This document shows, one piece after another, positions 13,770-27,116 of a DNA stretch of 64,000 nucleotides. The position numbers and the translations under genes were made by a program. The notes beneath the pieces are model-generated. The model searched no databases, was not told where the DNA came from, and worked only from the letters and a program-made list of their open reading frames with translations. This DNA is from Octopus sinensis (Eukaryota). The stretch covers positions 54,064,001 through 54,128,000 of the forward strand of contig NC_043008.1 of assembly GCF_006345805.1 (NCBI RefSeq). Direction: 5' to 3'. Each line of letters starts with the position of its first letter. Position 1 is the first letter of the stretch.

Positions 13770-14063
13770 TAGCATTGTGATTAGAAACTTCACTTCCCAA
13801 TTACGACATCCAGGGCTTGGTGCCACTGCCTGAGACCTTGCGAAAGGGTCTTTTACAATAGCTATGGATCGACACAAGCTTTAAGAAAATAGATAAATGG
13901 GCGCAAATGTAGGAAGCTTGCTCCCCAATCATGTGATCTTATAGTCAAGTCTCTCTGCGCACCACCAGGGGCAAGTTTCTTTCTTATAGTGCCTGGCCGA
14001 CTAAAGCCTTATGATTGGACTTGCTAGACTGAAACAGAAAGAATCCTTTCGTATATTATATAC

Positions 14064-14113
<50 letters not shown>

Positions 14114-14430
14114 TTATGTATGTATGTATGTATGTATGTATGTATGTATGTATGTATGTATGTATGTATGTATGTATTATTTATAAGTATGTGTGTATTT
14201 ATGCATGTATGTATCTGTGTGTGTGTCTTTGTCTTCGTGTTTGTCCCGAACCACCAATCGACAACCGGTGTTCGATTGTTTGCGTAGCGGTTCGGGAGAA
14301 AGACTCGACAGAATAAGTACCGAGTTTGCTTAAAATGTGTACTGGGGTTCACTTGATGGACTAACACCCTTCAAGGCGGTGCTCCAGCATGACCGGCATC
14401 CGAACATTGAAACACGTAAAAGATGAAATA
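13770..14430 (+). mobile_element. decayed SINE family C (two head remnants, TATG array, tail)
   Basis: cctggccgactaaagccttatgattggacttgctagactgaaacagaaagaatcc and tail aaggcggtgctccagcatgaccggc. Confidence 0.75.
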
Positions 14431-14915
14431 TAAAAAGGGAACAGTAAAACACCCGTCGGATTGATTGTAAACCTAAAGATAGAAAAGGGTCACCCTTGGT
14501 ACACAGTGCTCAGGCTGCTTCTGCCTGAAGAATATCTTGAGGGTAGAAGTACAATAGAATTCTAAGCCTACTAAAGCTGTTATCCAATGAATTGACAACT
14601 TGTTTGGCTGAACATTTACAATGCGTAACGTGGAAACCGACGGAGAACCATTAATGTATTTTTATATTATTTCATATAAGCATGTTGATGTAGAAAACGT
14701 ATTTATTGATGTCAATTGTATGAATGTAAAATTGCGAATAAATATGTACCGCAAACATACGAATAAATAAAAGGAAAATATCACTTTTTCCCTGCCAAAT
14801 ATAATCACAACTGATGCTGGTAGAACTCTGAAGGCAAATATATGAATATATACGATAATATACATACATAACATACATACATACAACATACATACATACA
14901 TACATATATACATTA

Positions 14916-15087
<172 letters not shown>

Positions 15088-15113
15088 TGTATGTATGTAT
15101 ATATATATGTATG

Positions 15114-15148
<35 letters not shown>

Positions 15149-15359
15149 CACATATATTTATATGACTGTATGTAATAATATACTACATACATGTGTGCGT
15201 GCACTTATTGAATTATGTATAAATACATATACATACAGAATTTTCTGTATTCATAAATATATATAAACACATACATATATATTCATATATAAACATATAT
15301 TGTTAATGTATGTGTTCATATGCTATATGTATATATGTGTGTGTGTATGTATGTTTGTG

Positions 15360-15427
<68 letters not shown>

Positions 15428-16070
15428 TGTATGTATGTATGTATGTATGTATGTATGTATGTATGGAATGTATATAAGCATATGCATGTGTGTGTATGTG
15501 TGTGTGTATATGAGATAAAACAGAGAATATGAGATTGATTGATAAAATATATATTGCAACCAAGGAGTCACCGAAGCGGAACACCAAGAAAATGATTTTC
15601 TGTTGTAATTTCATAGAAAGTTTCAGTTTCTTTAGTGATGGAATGTTTTCAGTAAACATCGACGTAAAGAAGGAAAGAGCCTTTAAAAAGATTTTTTTTT
15701 TATTCCAGTAAATGAAAGGAGTCCTCGATTCATACTGAACCAAAGTCATGTAGTAAAATAACAAACGCAAACATTGGAAAACCGTATTGGAAAAGCTAAA
15801 AACAAAATGCTTTGGACATATGTGCCTATAAAGAGAGAAATACACGCAAATAGATTTACGCATGTGGTTATCTGTGCACGTACGTGATGATATTGATGTA
15901 CCTCGTGGGACACGTATTGTTTATCTTGCATAGATATCCTCAGGTTTGAAATTATAGACGTGTACTTGTGATCTGAAGTCATATACATACATACATATAT
16001 TACATACATTACATAAATACATTACATCCATACATACATGTACATATATATGTATACATATGTACGTAGT

Positions 16071-16117
<47 letters not shown>

Positions 16118-16142
16118 ATATATATATATATATATATATATA

Positions 16143-16221
16143 TGACTTTTTCAGGTGGTGCTATTGAGTTAGTGATGTCCTGAGCCGATAATGGCCGAAC
16201 TAATCTAAGTTATCTAAGTTA
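16143..16221 (+). mobile_element. 3' tail only of the LINE family also seen at 34672 and 38405
   Basis: caggtggtgctattgagttag...taatggccgaac followed by two atctaagtt units. Confidence 0.75.
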
Positions 16222-16376
16222 TATATAACTACCAAACTACCCTCTGTCGATCTACGAACCTTTCTACTAGCTAACAATATATTTTCATTATATCTATCTA
16301 TCTCTCTATCTATCTATATATATATACTCCCTTTTCTCTTTTACTCTCTTTTACTTGTTTTAGTCATATGACTGTG

Positions 16377-16436
<60 letters not shown>

Positions 16437-16819
16437 GGTCTATGTTGTAAATTTTCATTCTCTCGATATCGTTTTCTTTGTCATTTTCTTTGTCTAAAGG
16501 ATACGTCGTGTAACTGAAGGGACGTAATTACTTCATATGAATATCATTATATAATTTTCTTTTCCACTCTTATTCTCAAAATGCTATAAGCATTCATATT
16601 CCATATTCTCATACAACAGGAGAAGGATACAAAACGAGGAGTGGGTGTCCCAGCCAAGTGTATCACACAACGCTGTCATAAATCTTTGAGCCACTTGTAG
16701 TCATTTAAGATCTTATCCACTGAGAGGTTTTTTTCTTTTTATGTGCACCCACACACAAATACGTACATAGATTCACACATACAGGAATACAGACCATATG
16801 TAGACACACAAATGCATGT

Positions 16820-16836
16820 TGATAGATAGATAGATT

Positions 16837-16902
<66 letters not shown>

Positions 16903-17012
16903 CAGACAAATACGCAAACTGCATGTGCGTGCGTGCGTGTGTGTATGCATGCATGTATGTATGTATGTATGTATGTATGTATGTATGTATGTATGTACGT
17001 ATATATATATAT

Positions 17013-17047
<35 letters not shown>

Positions 17048-17060
17048 GATAGATAGATAT

Positions 17061-17150
<90 letters not shown>
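16820..17150. repeat. compound (GATA)n/(TATG)n/(TA)n microsatellite
   Basis: Direct reading. Confidence 0.95.
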
Positions 17151-17764
17151 TATTTATACACATATATAATCTAAAGCCTAAAAGAGGCGCGCTTTTGTTA
17201 GCGGCCTGCGAATCTTTAAGTCGCATGAAACCGAATCAAACTCTTCTAAGTAATATGTCTGTGTGTGTGTACATACATCCACACACTCGAGCGCGCATGT
17301 GCACACACACACACACACAAATATTATTGATATTGAGTAATTGGTAAATCTTGCTGATCCGTGACTAAACAGCATAGATAACGTGATAAATATGTCACTG
17401 GTAACATATTGGAAATACGAATGTAGATAAAATATATATCACAAACAGATGTGGGGATGAGTAGCAAAATAATTAAATACTACGGAGTGAAGATATATAA
17501 GAGGGCGATTTACAGATTATGAGATGACTTATTTCGCCATGTTACATATATCGAATTATTACGATGTCTGAATATCCAGCTTTCAGTTTCTCAGTTTATT
17601 CACTTATATCGATTCATTCTAATGCTTGACTAGTAATTACACGAGGTACCGAGGAATTCGACAATGTCGTCGCTCAATACGCTAGAAATGACATCCAACT
17701 GTTATACACTTAAAATGACATTAACAAAAAAGATATAGTCCATGATACGCTACGTAAAAGAGAT

Positions 17765-18130
17765 TATCATCATCATTGTTCGACCGTGGTCGAGACAATG
17801 GAACTTACTATGTTACGCCAGACTTCACGGTCCATCATAGCATTACGAAAGGTCCTGTTGCTGGATGCCTGTATCCCTGTAGATTACATCAGGGTAGGAG
17901 AGTGTGCGCTCTCTGGTAGCGCGAGCAGATGGCTTCCAGAGGAGAAGAGTAGAAATTACCTCGTTTTCAGCTCTACAACAATGTCCAGCAAACTGGACTC
18001 TTTTATCTTTCACAAGAGATGATACAGATGGTAACTTCCCATATATTTGTACTTTGGTTGGATGACGCTTCCACGAGATATTTTGAGCTCTCATAGTGAA
18101 AGCTGGAACGCTGTTGAGCCCAGCTCGGCT
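17765..18130 (-). mobile_element. RTE-group LINE 3' fragment
   Basis: MRAQNISWKRHPTKVQIYGKLPSVSSLVKDKRVQFAGHCCRAENEVISTLLLWKP...MMDREVWRNIVSS, typical of the RTE C-terminus (RLQFAGHC, DRxxWR); (GAT)n tail. Confidence 0.85.
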
Positions 18131-18630
18131 TTATCTTACTAATGTGAAACTAAACCCGAATGGCAATAATTGTTATTATTTTATACACCTCGGATGGAAG
18201 AAAGATTGAGGTCGATCTCAGTGGTAATTGAACTTGGAACGGATAGGAACAAGTATATGCTGAAAGCTATGCCTAGGTACATACTTGCTTACATTTTGAT
18301 AAGTAGTCTTCCACTGCTTACACTCGGCATGTTAGGAAGAAAAGCTCAGTGAATCCTGATGATTTGCTAAATAACTATGAAACTGGTCAAAGAAAAGCCT
18401 TTTGTGGTGTGTAGTTTTACGTAACTAAATGCAAAAAGTATTCTTCTGTACATTTATTCATAATGCAAGCCCTGTTGGTAGCCTAGTAATAAACACTGCA
18501 AGGAATTTTGTTACCCTGTACCGATGCCATTACCTTACAAATTGAAATTTGCCACAAGAAACCATCAGTGGATTTTTTTGATTCGTGTCTTCTGTATGTA
18601 CCACAAAGTCGTACACTTGTAGACAGATAG

Positions 18631-18886
18631 ATAGGTAGGTAGGCAGGTAACTAGGTAGGCAGGTGGGTATGTAGATAGGTAGGTAGGTAGGTAGGTAGGT
18701 AGGTAGGTAGGTAGGTAGGTAGGTAGGAAGGTATGTAGGTAGGTAGGTAAGTAGGTAGGTAGGTAGGTAGGTAGGTAGGTAGGTAGGTAGGTAGGTAGGT
18801 AGGTAGGTAGGTAGGTAGGTAGGTAGGTAGGTAGGTAGTAGGTAGGTAGGTAGGTAGGTAGGTAGGTAGGTAGGTAGGTAGGTAGG
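18631..18886. repeat. (TAGG)n microsatellite
   Basis: Direct reading. Confidence 0.95.
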
Positions 18887-19229
18887 GAAGGAGGGAGGTA
18901 ATTAGGCAGACAGGCAGATAGATAGAGAGAGAGAGAGATCTGATTGTGTGACTACATACGTCCTTCCATCCCTGCGAATATCCATTTGTTTGTGTATTTA
19001 TCTGTGCCTAAATGAATTGCCATCCTGTACACATATCCATTTAACTTTCTCTCTCTCTCTCCTTTCCATCCACCCTATACATACAAATAAACAAATATAT
19101 GGTCTTCAGTTCTACAGCCTAACATCATCTCCTACACTCTACATTATGTCTTATCTCTGTCACAATGTCACGGGCTCATTAGGACCAAGCTTATCCCAGT
19201 TTCCAGGATATAAGCGACCAAAAGTATTA

Positions 19230-19440
19230 TAACACCGCCACCGCCCCTAATCGGGTTATCGATCCGGCACGTGATTAATCCCCAGCTATTACTGGGGACC
19301 ATTTTTGGCTGAGTGGAAAGGAGCAACGTGAAATAAAATATGCTCAAGAACGAACGCAATTCACCGCTCAGTATGAGAAACGAAACCCTGACTGTACGAT
19401 CGTGAGTCCAACAGCCTTAATCACTAGACCACACACGCTC
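19230..19440 (-). mobile_element. decayed head-B SINE with a different tail
   Basis: ggagcaacgtgaaataaaatatgctcaagaac and cgatcgtgagtccaacagccttaatcactagaccac. Confidence 0.65.
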
Positions 19441-20091
19441 ATATACTACACATTATTAACATAGATTAATTTTGCAGAACAATCTGAGACCTTGTCTCAA
19501 CCCCTTTCCACAATTCCCTTCATTCTGTCCAAATCCCATTCACATATAACCACCAGACCTCAACCCAAGAGTTACACTTAATTCTTTTTCTGGCCTCTCA
19601 CTATTACGGCCAAGAATCTAATTTATGTCTTTCTTTGTTTTATTGACTCGGATTAAAAAATCTATCTTATCTAGATTTTTTTTCGAATGGTCAATACAAA
19701 TTGTTCATTTATAAATATTTGATGCAAAACCATTAGGCCACTTATTTGCACCTGAGTATTCCTGCGTTAATACAGACGCAGAAATATTAACTACAATGAA
19801 AACAAACCTGCCTACCTACAAAAAAATTCTCAGCATCATAACATATCACGCACACACACACTTCACAAACCTTGGTGTCAAAGTATGTTGTGTCCAAAGA
19901 CAAGAAGAAAGATATTTGGAAAATGTACGTAGGAGTGGCTGTATGGTAAGTAGCTTACTTACGAACCACGTGGTTCCGGATTCAGTCCCACTGCGTGGCA
20001 CCTTAGGTAAGTGTCTTCTACTATAGCCTGGGACCGACCAAAGCCTTGTGAGTGGATTTGGTAGACGGAAGCTGAAAGAAGCCCGTCGTAT

Positions 20092-20162
<71 letters not shown>

Positions 20163-20197
20163 TATAGATAGATAGATGGATATAAATATATATATAT

Positions 20198-20246
<49 letters not shown>

Positions 20247-20463
20247 GTTAATCCAAACATGAAAACACAAAGAGAAAAACAACAACGTGAGAACGTGGAA
20301 CAAGTATAGTGTTATTGGACGCCCAGGAAAGGAAAGAAAGAAAGGAGGATTTAACGTTTCGAGCGGAGCTCTTCGTCAGAAACATAGGAAAAGGAAAGAT
20401 CCAAGGAAGGGAAGACGGAGGAAAAAAATCGCCAACGATACGCACGTGGACACATTTTGAAAT
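20247..20463 (-). mobile_element. ~215-bp Penelope pLTR-like/retrozyme-like element within (TA)n
   Basis: Purine-rich on the plus strand, bounded by TA repeats, carries a hammerhead core; related to 56570-56763. Confidence 0.6.
20349..20383 (-). ncRNA. minimal type I hammerhead ribozyme motif
   Basis: Minus RNA GUUU-CUGACGA-A-GAGC(UCC)GCUC-GAAAC-GUU-AAAU: intact core, 4-bp stem II, palindromic stem III (ACGU), weak stem I. Confidence 0.65.
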
Positions 20464-20793
20464 ATATATATATATATATATATGTCTGTATGTGTATATG
20501 TTTGTGTGTCCGTGTTTGTACCACCAACATCGCTTGACAACCGATGCTGGTGTGTTTTCGTCCCCGTAACTTAGCGGTTCGCCAAAAAGTGACCGATAGA
20601 ATAAGTATTAGTCTTACAAAGAATAAGTCTTGGGGTCGATGATTTGCTCGACTAAAGGCGGTGCTCCCGCATGGCCGCACTCAAATAATTGAGCCAAGTA
20701 AAAGAGTAAAAGAGGGTACATTGGATAACACCTGTTATGTAACTAAGCCATGTCACCTTTACCTATCTCACTCATCCCGATCACATATGATAC

Positions 20794-21026
20794 ATATTTC
20801 TTTACTACCCACAAGGGCTAAACAGAGAGCGGACAAACAAGGACAGACAAACGGATTAAATCGATTATATCGACCCCAGTGCATAACTGGTACTTAATTT
20901 ATCGACCCCGAAAGGATGAAAAGCAAAGTCGACCCCGGCAGAATTTGAACTCAGGACGTAACGGCAGACGAAATACTGCTACGCATTTCGCCCGGCGTGC
21001 TAACGTTTCTGCCAGCTCGCCGCCTT
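20794..21026 (-). mobile_element. tRNA-SINE family D, full length
   Basis: Reverse complement ggcggcgagctggcagaaacgttagcacgccgggcg...gagttcaaattc; 17-bp TSD ccgatcacat(a/t)tgatac at 20777-20793 and 21027-21043. Confidence 0.92.
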
Positions 21027-21518
21027 CCGATCACATTTGATACCACACATACAGGTGGACACATACTTGTGGATACAGCCTATGTTTATTGCTGTTAATT
21101 TTCACTTTTCTTATGTAACGTCAAGTCTTTTTTTATTCTTCGTTTTATCCTCCCTTTCTTCTTTATACTTTTTTTCACAATTCTTCATTCTTCGTATATT
21201 AACTATTTACTTTCTATTTCTTATCTCTCATCCATTTATTTATATGTTACAGTCTCCTTTGAGATTCAGCGTAATGCGAAAGAAAAATAACACGTTTTTG
21301 CCAACTAAAAGTTATACGCACAAAATGGCTTTATCTATTTCAAAACATTCTTCGATAAATGTTGATAGGATTAAAGAAAGCGACTTAGTCGTTTGCTCTG
21401 GGATAAGAAGTTAATTATAACCACAAAAAATCTATGGGTTGTATTACTTTAAATACATATACATTACCCTGGACATCTGTAGGTATTTCTAATATTATAA
21501 TCAAACCTTATGTAATAC

Positions 21519-22487
21519 ATGTATGTATGTATGCATGTATGTATGTATGTATGTATGTATGTATGTATGTATGTATGTATGTATGTATGCTTGTATGTAT
21601 GTATGTATGTATGAATGAATATATGTATGTATGTATGCATGCATGCATGTATGTATGTATGCATGTATGTATGTATGCATGTATGTATGTATGTAAGTAT
21701 GTATGCATGCATGCATGTATGTATGTATGCATGTATGTATGTATCCATGTATGTATGTATGTATGTTTGTATGTATGTATGTTTGTATGTATGTATGTAT
21801 GCATGTATGCATTATGTATCTATGTATGTATGTATGTATGCATGCATGTATGTATGTATGTATGTTTGTATGTATGTATGTATGCATGTATGCATGTATG
21901 TATGTTTGTATGTATGTATGTTTGTATGTATGTATGCATGTATGCATTATGTATGTATGTATGCATGTATGTATGTATGTATGTATGTATGTATGTATGT
22001 TTGTATGTTTGTATGTATGTATGTATGTATTATGTATGTATGTATGTATGTATGTATGTATGTATGTATGTATGTTTGTATGTATGTATGTATTATGTAT
22101 GTATGTATGTATGTATGTATGCATGTATGTATGTATGTACGTATGTATGTATGTATGTATGCATGTATGTATGTATGTATGTATGCATGCATGTATGTAT
22201 GCATGCATGCATGTATGTATGTATGTTTGTATGTATGTATGTATGCATGTATGCATTATGTATGTATGTATGCATGTATGTATGTATGTATGTATGTATG
22301 TATGTTTGTATGTTTGTATGTATGTATGTATGTATTATGTATGTATGTATGTATGTATGTATGCATGCATGTATGTATGTATGCATGCATGCATGCATGT
22401 ATGCATGCATGTATGTATGTATGCATGCATGTATGTATGTATGCATGCATGTATGTATGTATGTATGTATGCATGCATGTATGTATG

Positions 22488-22518
<31 letters not shown>

Positions 22519-22542
22519 GTAAGTATGTATGTATGTATGTAT
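21519..22542. repeat. ~1-kb interrupted (TATG)n array
   Basis: Direct reading; source of the MYVC/HTYI pseudo-ORFs. Confidence 0.97.
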
Positions 22543-23161
22543 AGCGTTTATGACATTTATGTATGAATATAGGTGCTGATAAAGGTAAGAAAAAATTAAA
22601 GGTAGACAGACATACTACAGAGAATTACTACAGAAGCGTAGCTACGTACCTGCTGCTATCTCTCAGGATCGGTATGATTAGCTGGTTCGTGCCATGCTTT
22701 TGCTAATCCATTTAGACGTAGATATAATCACGAGCAGATTTATACGCGCTCTTGCTCTCGCACACACGCTTCACACTTCACCCAACGGATTATCCAGATG
22801 GAGGGAACTGCATCAGTATTCATCTGGTACTTTTGTTAAAGACCCTGAAAGAACAAAATGCAACGTTGATGTTGACGGGATTTGAACACAGCGAGCCAGA
22901 ATTGATATTGCGATGACTTTGTCAGTAAATCTCCTTACGAAAAGCGTTACTTTTGAATTAAAATACACTTACTGATGCAAATATTTGACTATTAAGATTT
23001 TATTCTGCATCACTTGCATGCTTTCTGAGCTTGCTAATAAAGCGAACATCGTCTTTCTACGTGGATCATGCGTGGACACATGGAAGAAGCATAAACGCCT
23101 TGTATAACAACAAATATGGCTTTAAAATCTGTCAGGTGCGTAGTGTCCTATTATATTATTT

Positions 23162-23607
23162 GGGTCTTTTCGGTTTGAACGGCAGTTTTTTCTAACGATG
23201 TCATATGAAATTGTCACCCATAATTATGACCCTAGAATCGATCTATTGCATTTCAATCTCTTTTAGGGTTAGGGGTGGGGGAAGGGTATCTTTTTTTCTT
23301 CACAAATGTAAATAAACCTAATCTGTTTCTTAAATGAGGGACATATTCATACTTTTTCTTTATTTTTATTTGAGGGACATATTCATACGGCACAGAATGC
23401 TTTTTAACTCAATAGACGTCAGTGATTGGTTGAAACTGCAGAAATTGGAGAAAAAAAACAACAAATATCTTACAAACTATAGAATTTTTTCAATAAAGCC
23501 AAGAGAAAAAGATGTTTTATAAACACATTCTACCAGTATACGAAGTTTAAAATTTTTTAGTTACCTAGAAATTATGTTAAAAGCTGCCGTTCAAACCGAA
23601 AAGATCC
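23162..23607. mobile_element. MITE with 29-bp TIRs and 8-bp TSD (Merlin-like)
   Basis: Left gggtcttttcggtttgaacggcagttttt versus reverse complement of right ggatcttttcggtttgaacggcagctttt (27/29); TSD tattattt at 23154-23161 and 23608-23615. Confidence 0.88.
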
Positions 23608-23629
23608 TATTATTTAAAACCGTTGAAGA

Positions 23630-24055
23630 CGACAAGCTGGCAAAATAGTTAGCATGTTGGATAATATGCTGAGCATTTTTTCTTCCAGTTCTTTGCTTTC
23701 TGGGTTCAAATTCCTACTTTTCCTTTCATTCCCTTTTGGAAATGTTGATCAATCAAGTAACAGGTGAGCACAGGGGTCGATGTGATTGATTAATCCCTTG
23801 CTCTCAAAATTGCTGGCATTAGAGCTCTGAAAAAAACGTTCCATTATTCGTTCTGGTTTGTCCCCTCTGTGTTTAGCCCCTTGTAGGTAGTAAACAAATA
23901 GGTATTTCGTCTGTCTTTAAGTACTGAATTCACATTCCGCCGAGGTCGGTTTTGAGTCGATAAATTAAGTACCAATTGCGTACTGGGGTGGATCTAATCG
24001 ACTGGCCCCCTCCAAAAATTTCAGGCTTTGTGCCTAGAGTAGAAAAAAAACGATT
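23630..24055 (+). mobile_element. composite/decayed SINE family D
   Basis: gtttgtcccctctgtgtttagccccttgtaggtagtaaacaaatagg and cattccgccgaggtcg...taaattaagtacc. Confidence 0.75.
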
Positions 24056-24095
<40 letters not shown>

Positions 24096-24225
24096 ACTCA
24101 CTCACTCTTTCTTCGTCTCTCGCCCGCTCTCTCTATGTCTCTATCTCTCTCTTTCAGTATATCTAGCTAGCTATCTTTCTCTCTAAGCCGAAGTTGTTTT
24201 AGCATAATTAATATATATTAGTTTC

Positions 24226-24421
24226 TATTTTTGGCACAAGGCCAGCAATTTAGGGGTGGGGGCGTAAATCGATTACATCGACCGCAATGCTCAACAGGTA
24301 TTTATTCTATTCTATGAAAGACAAAGTCTATCCCGGCTGAATTTGGACTCAGAACGTAAAGACGGACGAAATGCCGCTAAGCATTTCGCCCGGCGCGTTA
24401 ACAATTCTGCCAGCTCGCCGC
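24226..24421 (-). mobile_element. SINE family D, short-tail variant
   Basis: ggactcagaacgtaaagacggacgaaatgccgctaagcatttcgcccggcgcgttaacaattctgccagctcgccg. Confidence 0.85.
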
Positions 24422-24945
24422 TTTATAATTAAAATATATTACAAGTTCCACGATGAGAAGTTTCTATTCTCCTGCATTCATAAACATTTATAACAACTTC
24501 CTGACTGACACTCTTAATATATACTCACCATTTTAATATCAAGCATTTATTATTACAGAAGACATTATACGGAGATGATATCGATTGCAGAAATGATATA
24601 TGATTGGCAATATTGATTCAAGTAGCCAACTCCTCTGGTTAATATTGATTTTACAACCGATAATTCCAGACTCGTATGTGATTCAGCCTATATAAACTTT
24701 TACCTTTGTTTTAGGGTTTTTTTTGTATTGTTTTTCTTTCCCCCTTTCGGTATTGATCTAAAAAAAAAAGAAGAAAAACACTCAACTATTTTACATGATA
24801 GGCAAATAAATAGGAAACTATACCTGGAATTTTAAGCAATCTATTGTAAGTACATACGCACGCATGCACGCACGCACACGCACACGTGCGCGCATACACA
24901 CACACGCACACACATATACACATATATACATATACATACGCTTTG

Positions 24946-25016
<71 letters not shown>

Positions 25017-25067
25017 TATATATATGTGAATGGAATGGTGGATGCATGTATGCATGCATATATATGC

Positions 25068-25102
<35 letters not shown>

Positions 25103-26747
25103 ATATATATATAATATATATATATATATGTATATGTATATGAACATATATTTATATATGTATTTATATATCCATATCTGCATTTATATGCATATATACA
25201 TTTATATTTGTGTATATATATACATACATATATACATATATATATTTATATATATACATTTACACACATACACACACAAATATATATACATTTACATAGA
25301 TTTACGTATTTGTATGTGTGTATGTGTGTGTGGGTGTGCGTGTGTGACTGTGTGATTTGTAATACTAAACAAATTTAAAGAATGAAATAAAAAAAAGAAA
25401 ATATATACAATCAGAAGCATGGCATAACTTTACAAATTATATACCTGGTAAATATATCTTTCAAATGGACGCTACCTATATATTTAACTGCGTGAAACCG
25501 GAACCATCTTTAACACGCATGATTGTTTTTGTTTTGGGGTTTTTTTCTCCTTTCGAAACATAAGCGCACTTTAGTATAAAGGATTATCAATTACAAATCA
25601 AGCCTTTCGGAATGGCCAAGTTATCATTTACACCACTCAACAAATGAATGGAGATCTAGTTACTGGATTATTGATTCGTAGTGATTTTTTTAAAATTTAC
25701 TAAATAAATCATGTTGAATGCTTATACCTAATTTTGAACTTCATCGTAAGCTTTGAAATATATCCAATACAATCATGGCTACGCACTCGGAAAAGAAGTA
25801 CATTTCCTCTCTTGAATACTAGAATTATTCTACGAAGTACAAGTAGCCTCACATAATTCTTTGATAACCCTTGTTTGTTACGTCACAAAATTTTTTATTG
25901 CGTCACAAGAATATCTTTTTTTTTTCAGAACAGTTCAACTTAATCACTATCAATAAGCGCTTATTGTAAACGGTACTTATATTCGCTACACTTAAATTGA
26001 GTGTAGCAAGGAAATCGACTAAGGGACTAGTAAATCCCTTTCCCATTTGTAGAATCTGTTGATGAAGATTTATACACTGAGGAATATTACCCAAGCGGCT
26101 TTGCTTCCAAACCGACCCCAGGCCACGCATATTTATACATCCTCCTCTGGTGTCTATTATGTTGGTCACAAAAAAGAAAGCAAAAGTAGTCACCTAACTT
26201 TATCTGGGCAAAGAATGGATAATCCAGTTTTCTATATGGGCTGGGTTCCCTTGGATAGCCTAGTTATGTATTTTTGTTATGCATCAGAGCCAAGCATCCG
26301 AAGTACAGTTTCTTCTGAACTGTAAAATGTTGAGATCGCATGACTGACGAGGCTGGAATTCTAGAATGTGACAGTGCGGACGTAGCACAGTAACTTCATC
26401 GAGTGCCCAGATTGTGTCTAAATAGAGTAATTATTAGGTCAGTATACAAGAGTATTGCTTGATGTTCACAATTTCAACTGGTTTGCTACCCAAACCACAA
26501 ACCATAGTCGATCTAGATAGAACTCGTAGGCAGGAACCCGGTTTCTGGAAGCTGAACGTGCCGTTCCTAGCGCGCAAATCCTAAAAAGACAAAATTAGCG
26601 TTTTAGTTAATCGGCAGTTTCCACTGAGGTCGACTTTGCCTTTCATCCTTTAGGGGTCAATTAAATAAGTACCAGTTACACACTGGGTTGATGTAATCGA
26701 CTTAATCTCCTCCCCTAAGCTGCCCTTGTGGGAACATTTTTCAATCA

Positions 26748-26797
<50 letters not shown>

Positions 26798-26807
26798 GGT
26801 GAGTGGT

Positions 26808-27115
26808 GACCCCCTTCGGTCAGACACTGACCATGGGTTTGCACCTAGAGAGTTACCCTCTGAGGCACAATTCTGGGCAAGGTTGTTTTATGGAAGACCA
26901 GCAGTCGCCCATGCATACCGGCCTCCCCTCTCCACGTCACCGATGTTATCCAAGGGCCGATACAGCTTGGCACCTGTGACGTCGCAACTCATTTCTACAG
27001 CAGAGTGAACTGGAGCAACGTGAAATAAAGTGTCTTGCTCAAGAACACAACACGCAGCTCGGTCCGGGATTCGAGCTCACAACCTCACGATCGTAAGCTC
27101 GACGCTCTAACCACT
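26808..27115 (-). mobile_element. tRNA-SINE head-B with tail 4, first ~16 nt missing
   Basis: Matches 42186-42506 and 45511-45836 (gacccccttcgg...ctggagcaacgtgaaataaagtgtcttgctcaagaacacaac). Confidence 0.9.
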
Positions 27116-27116
27116 T

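Larger units (their letters stand above)
19929..20714 (+). mobile_element. SINE family C with nested insert in its microsatellite
   Basis: Head gtaggagtggctgtatggtaagtagc; tail aaggcggtgctcccgcatggccgcactcaaat...gtaaaagagtaaaagag. Confidence 0.92.

Noticed and set aside
18356-18388. CUGAUGA...GAAACUGGUC on the plus strand
   Set aside because: No credible stem I or stem II; probably chance.
21434-22544. ORFs of 250-360 aa (MYVC/HTYI repeats), and similar ORFs at 14662, 49492 and 58713
   Set aside because: They are translations of stop-free tetra- and dinucleotide microsatellites.
24566-24590. YGDD resembling an RT active site
   Set aside because: No flanking RT motifs, and stops lie nearby.
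26347-26380. CUGACGAG followed by a self-complementary stretch
   Set aside because: No GAAA strand follows.
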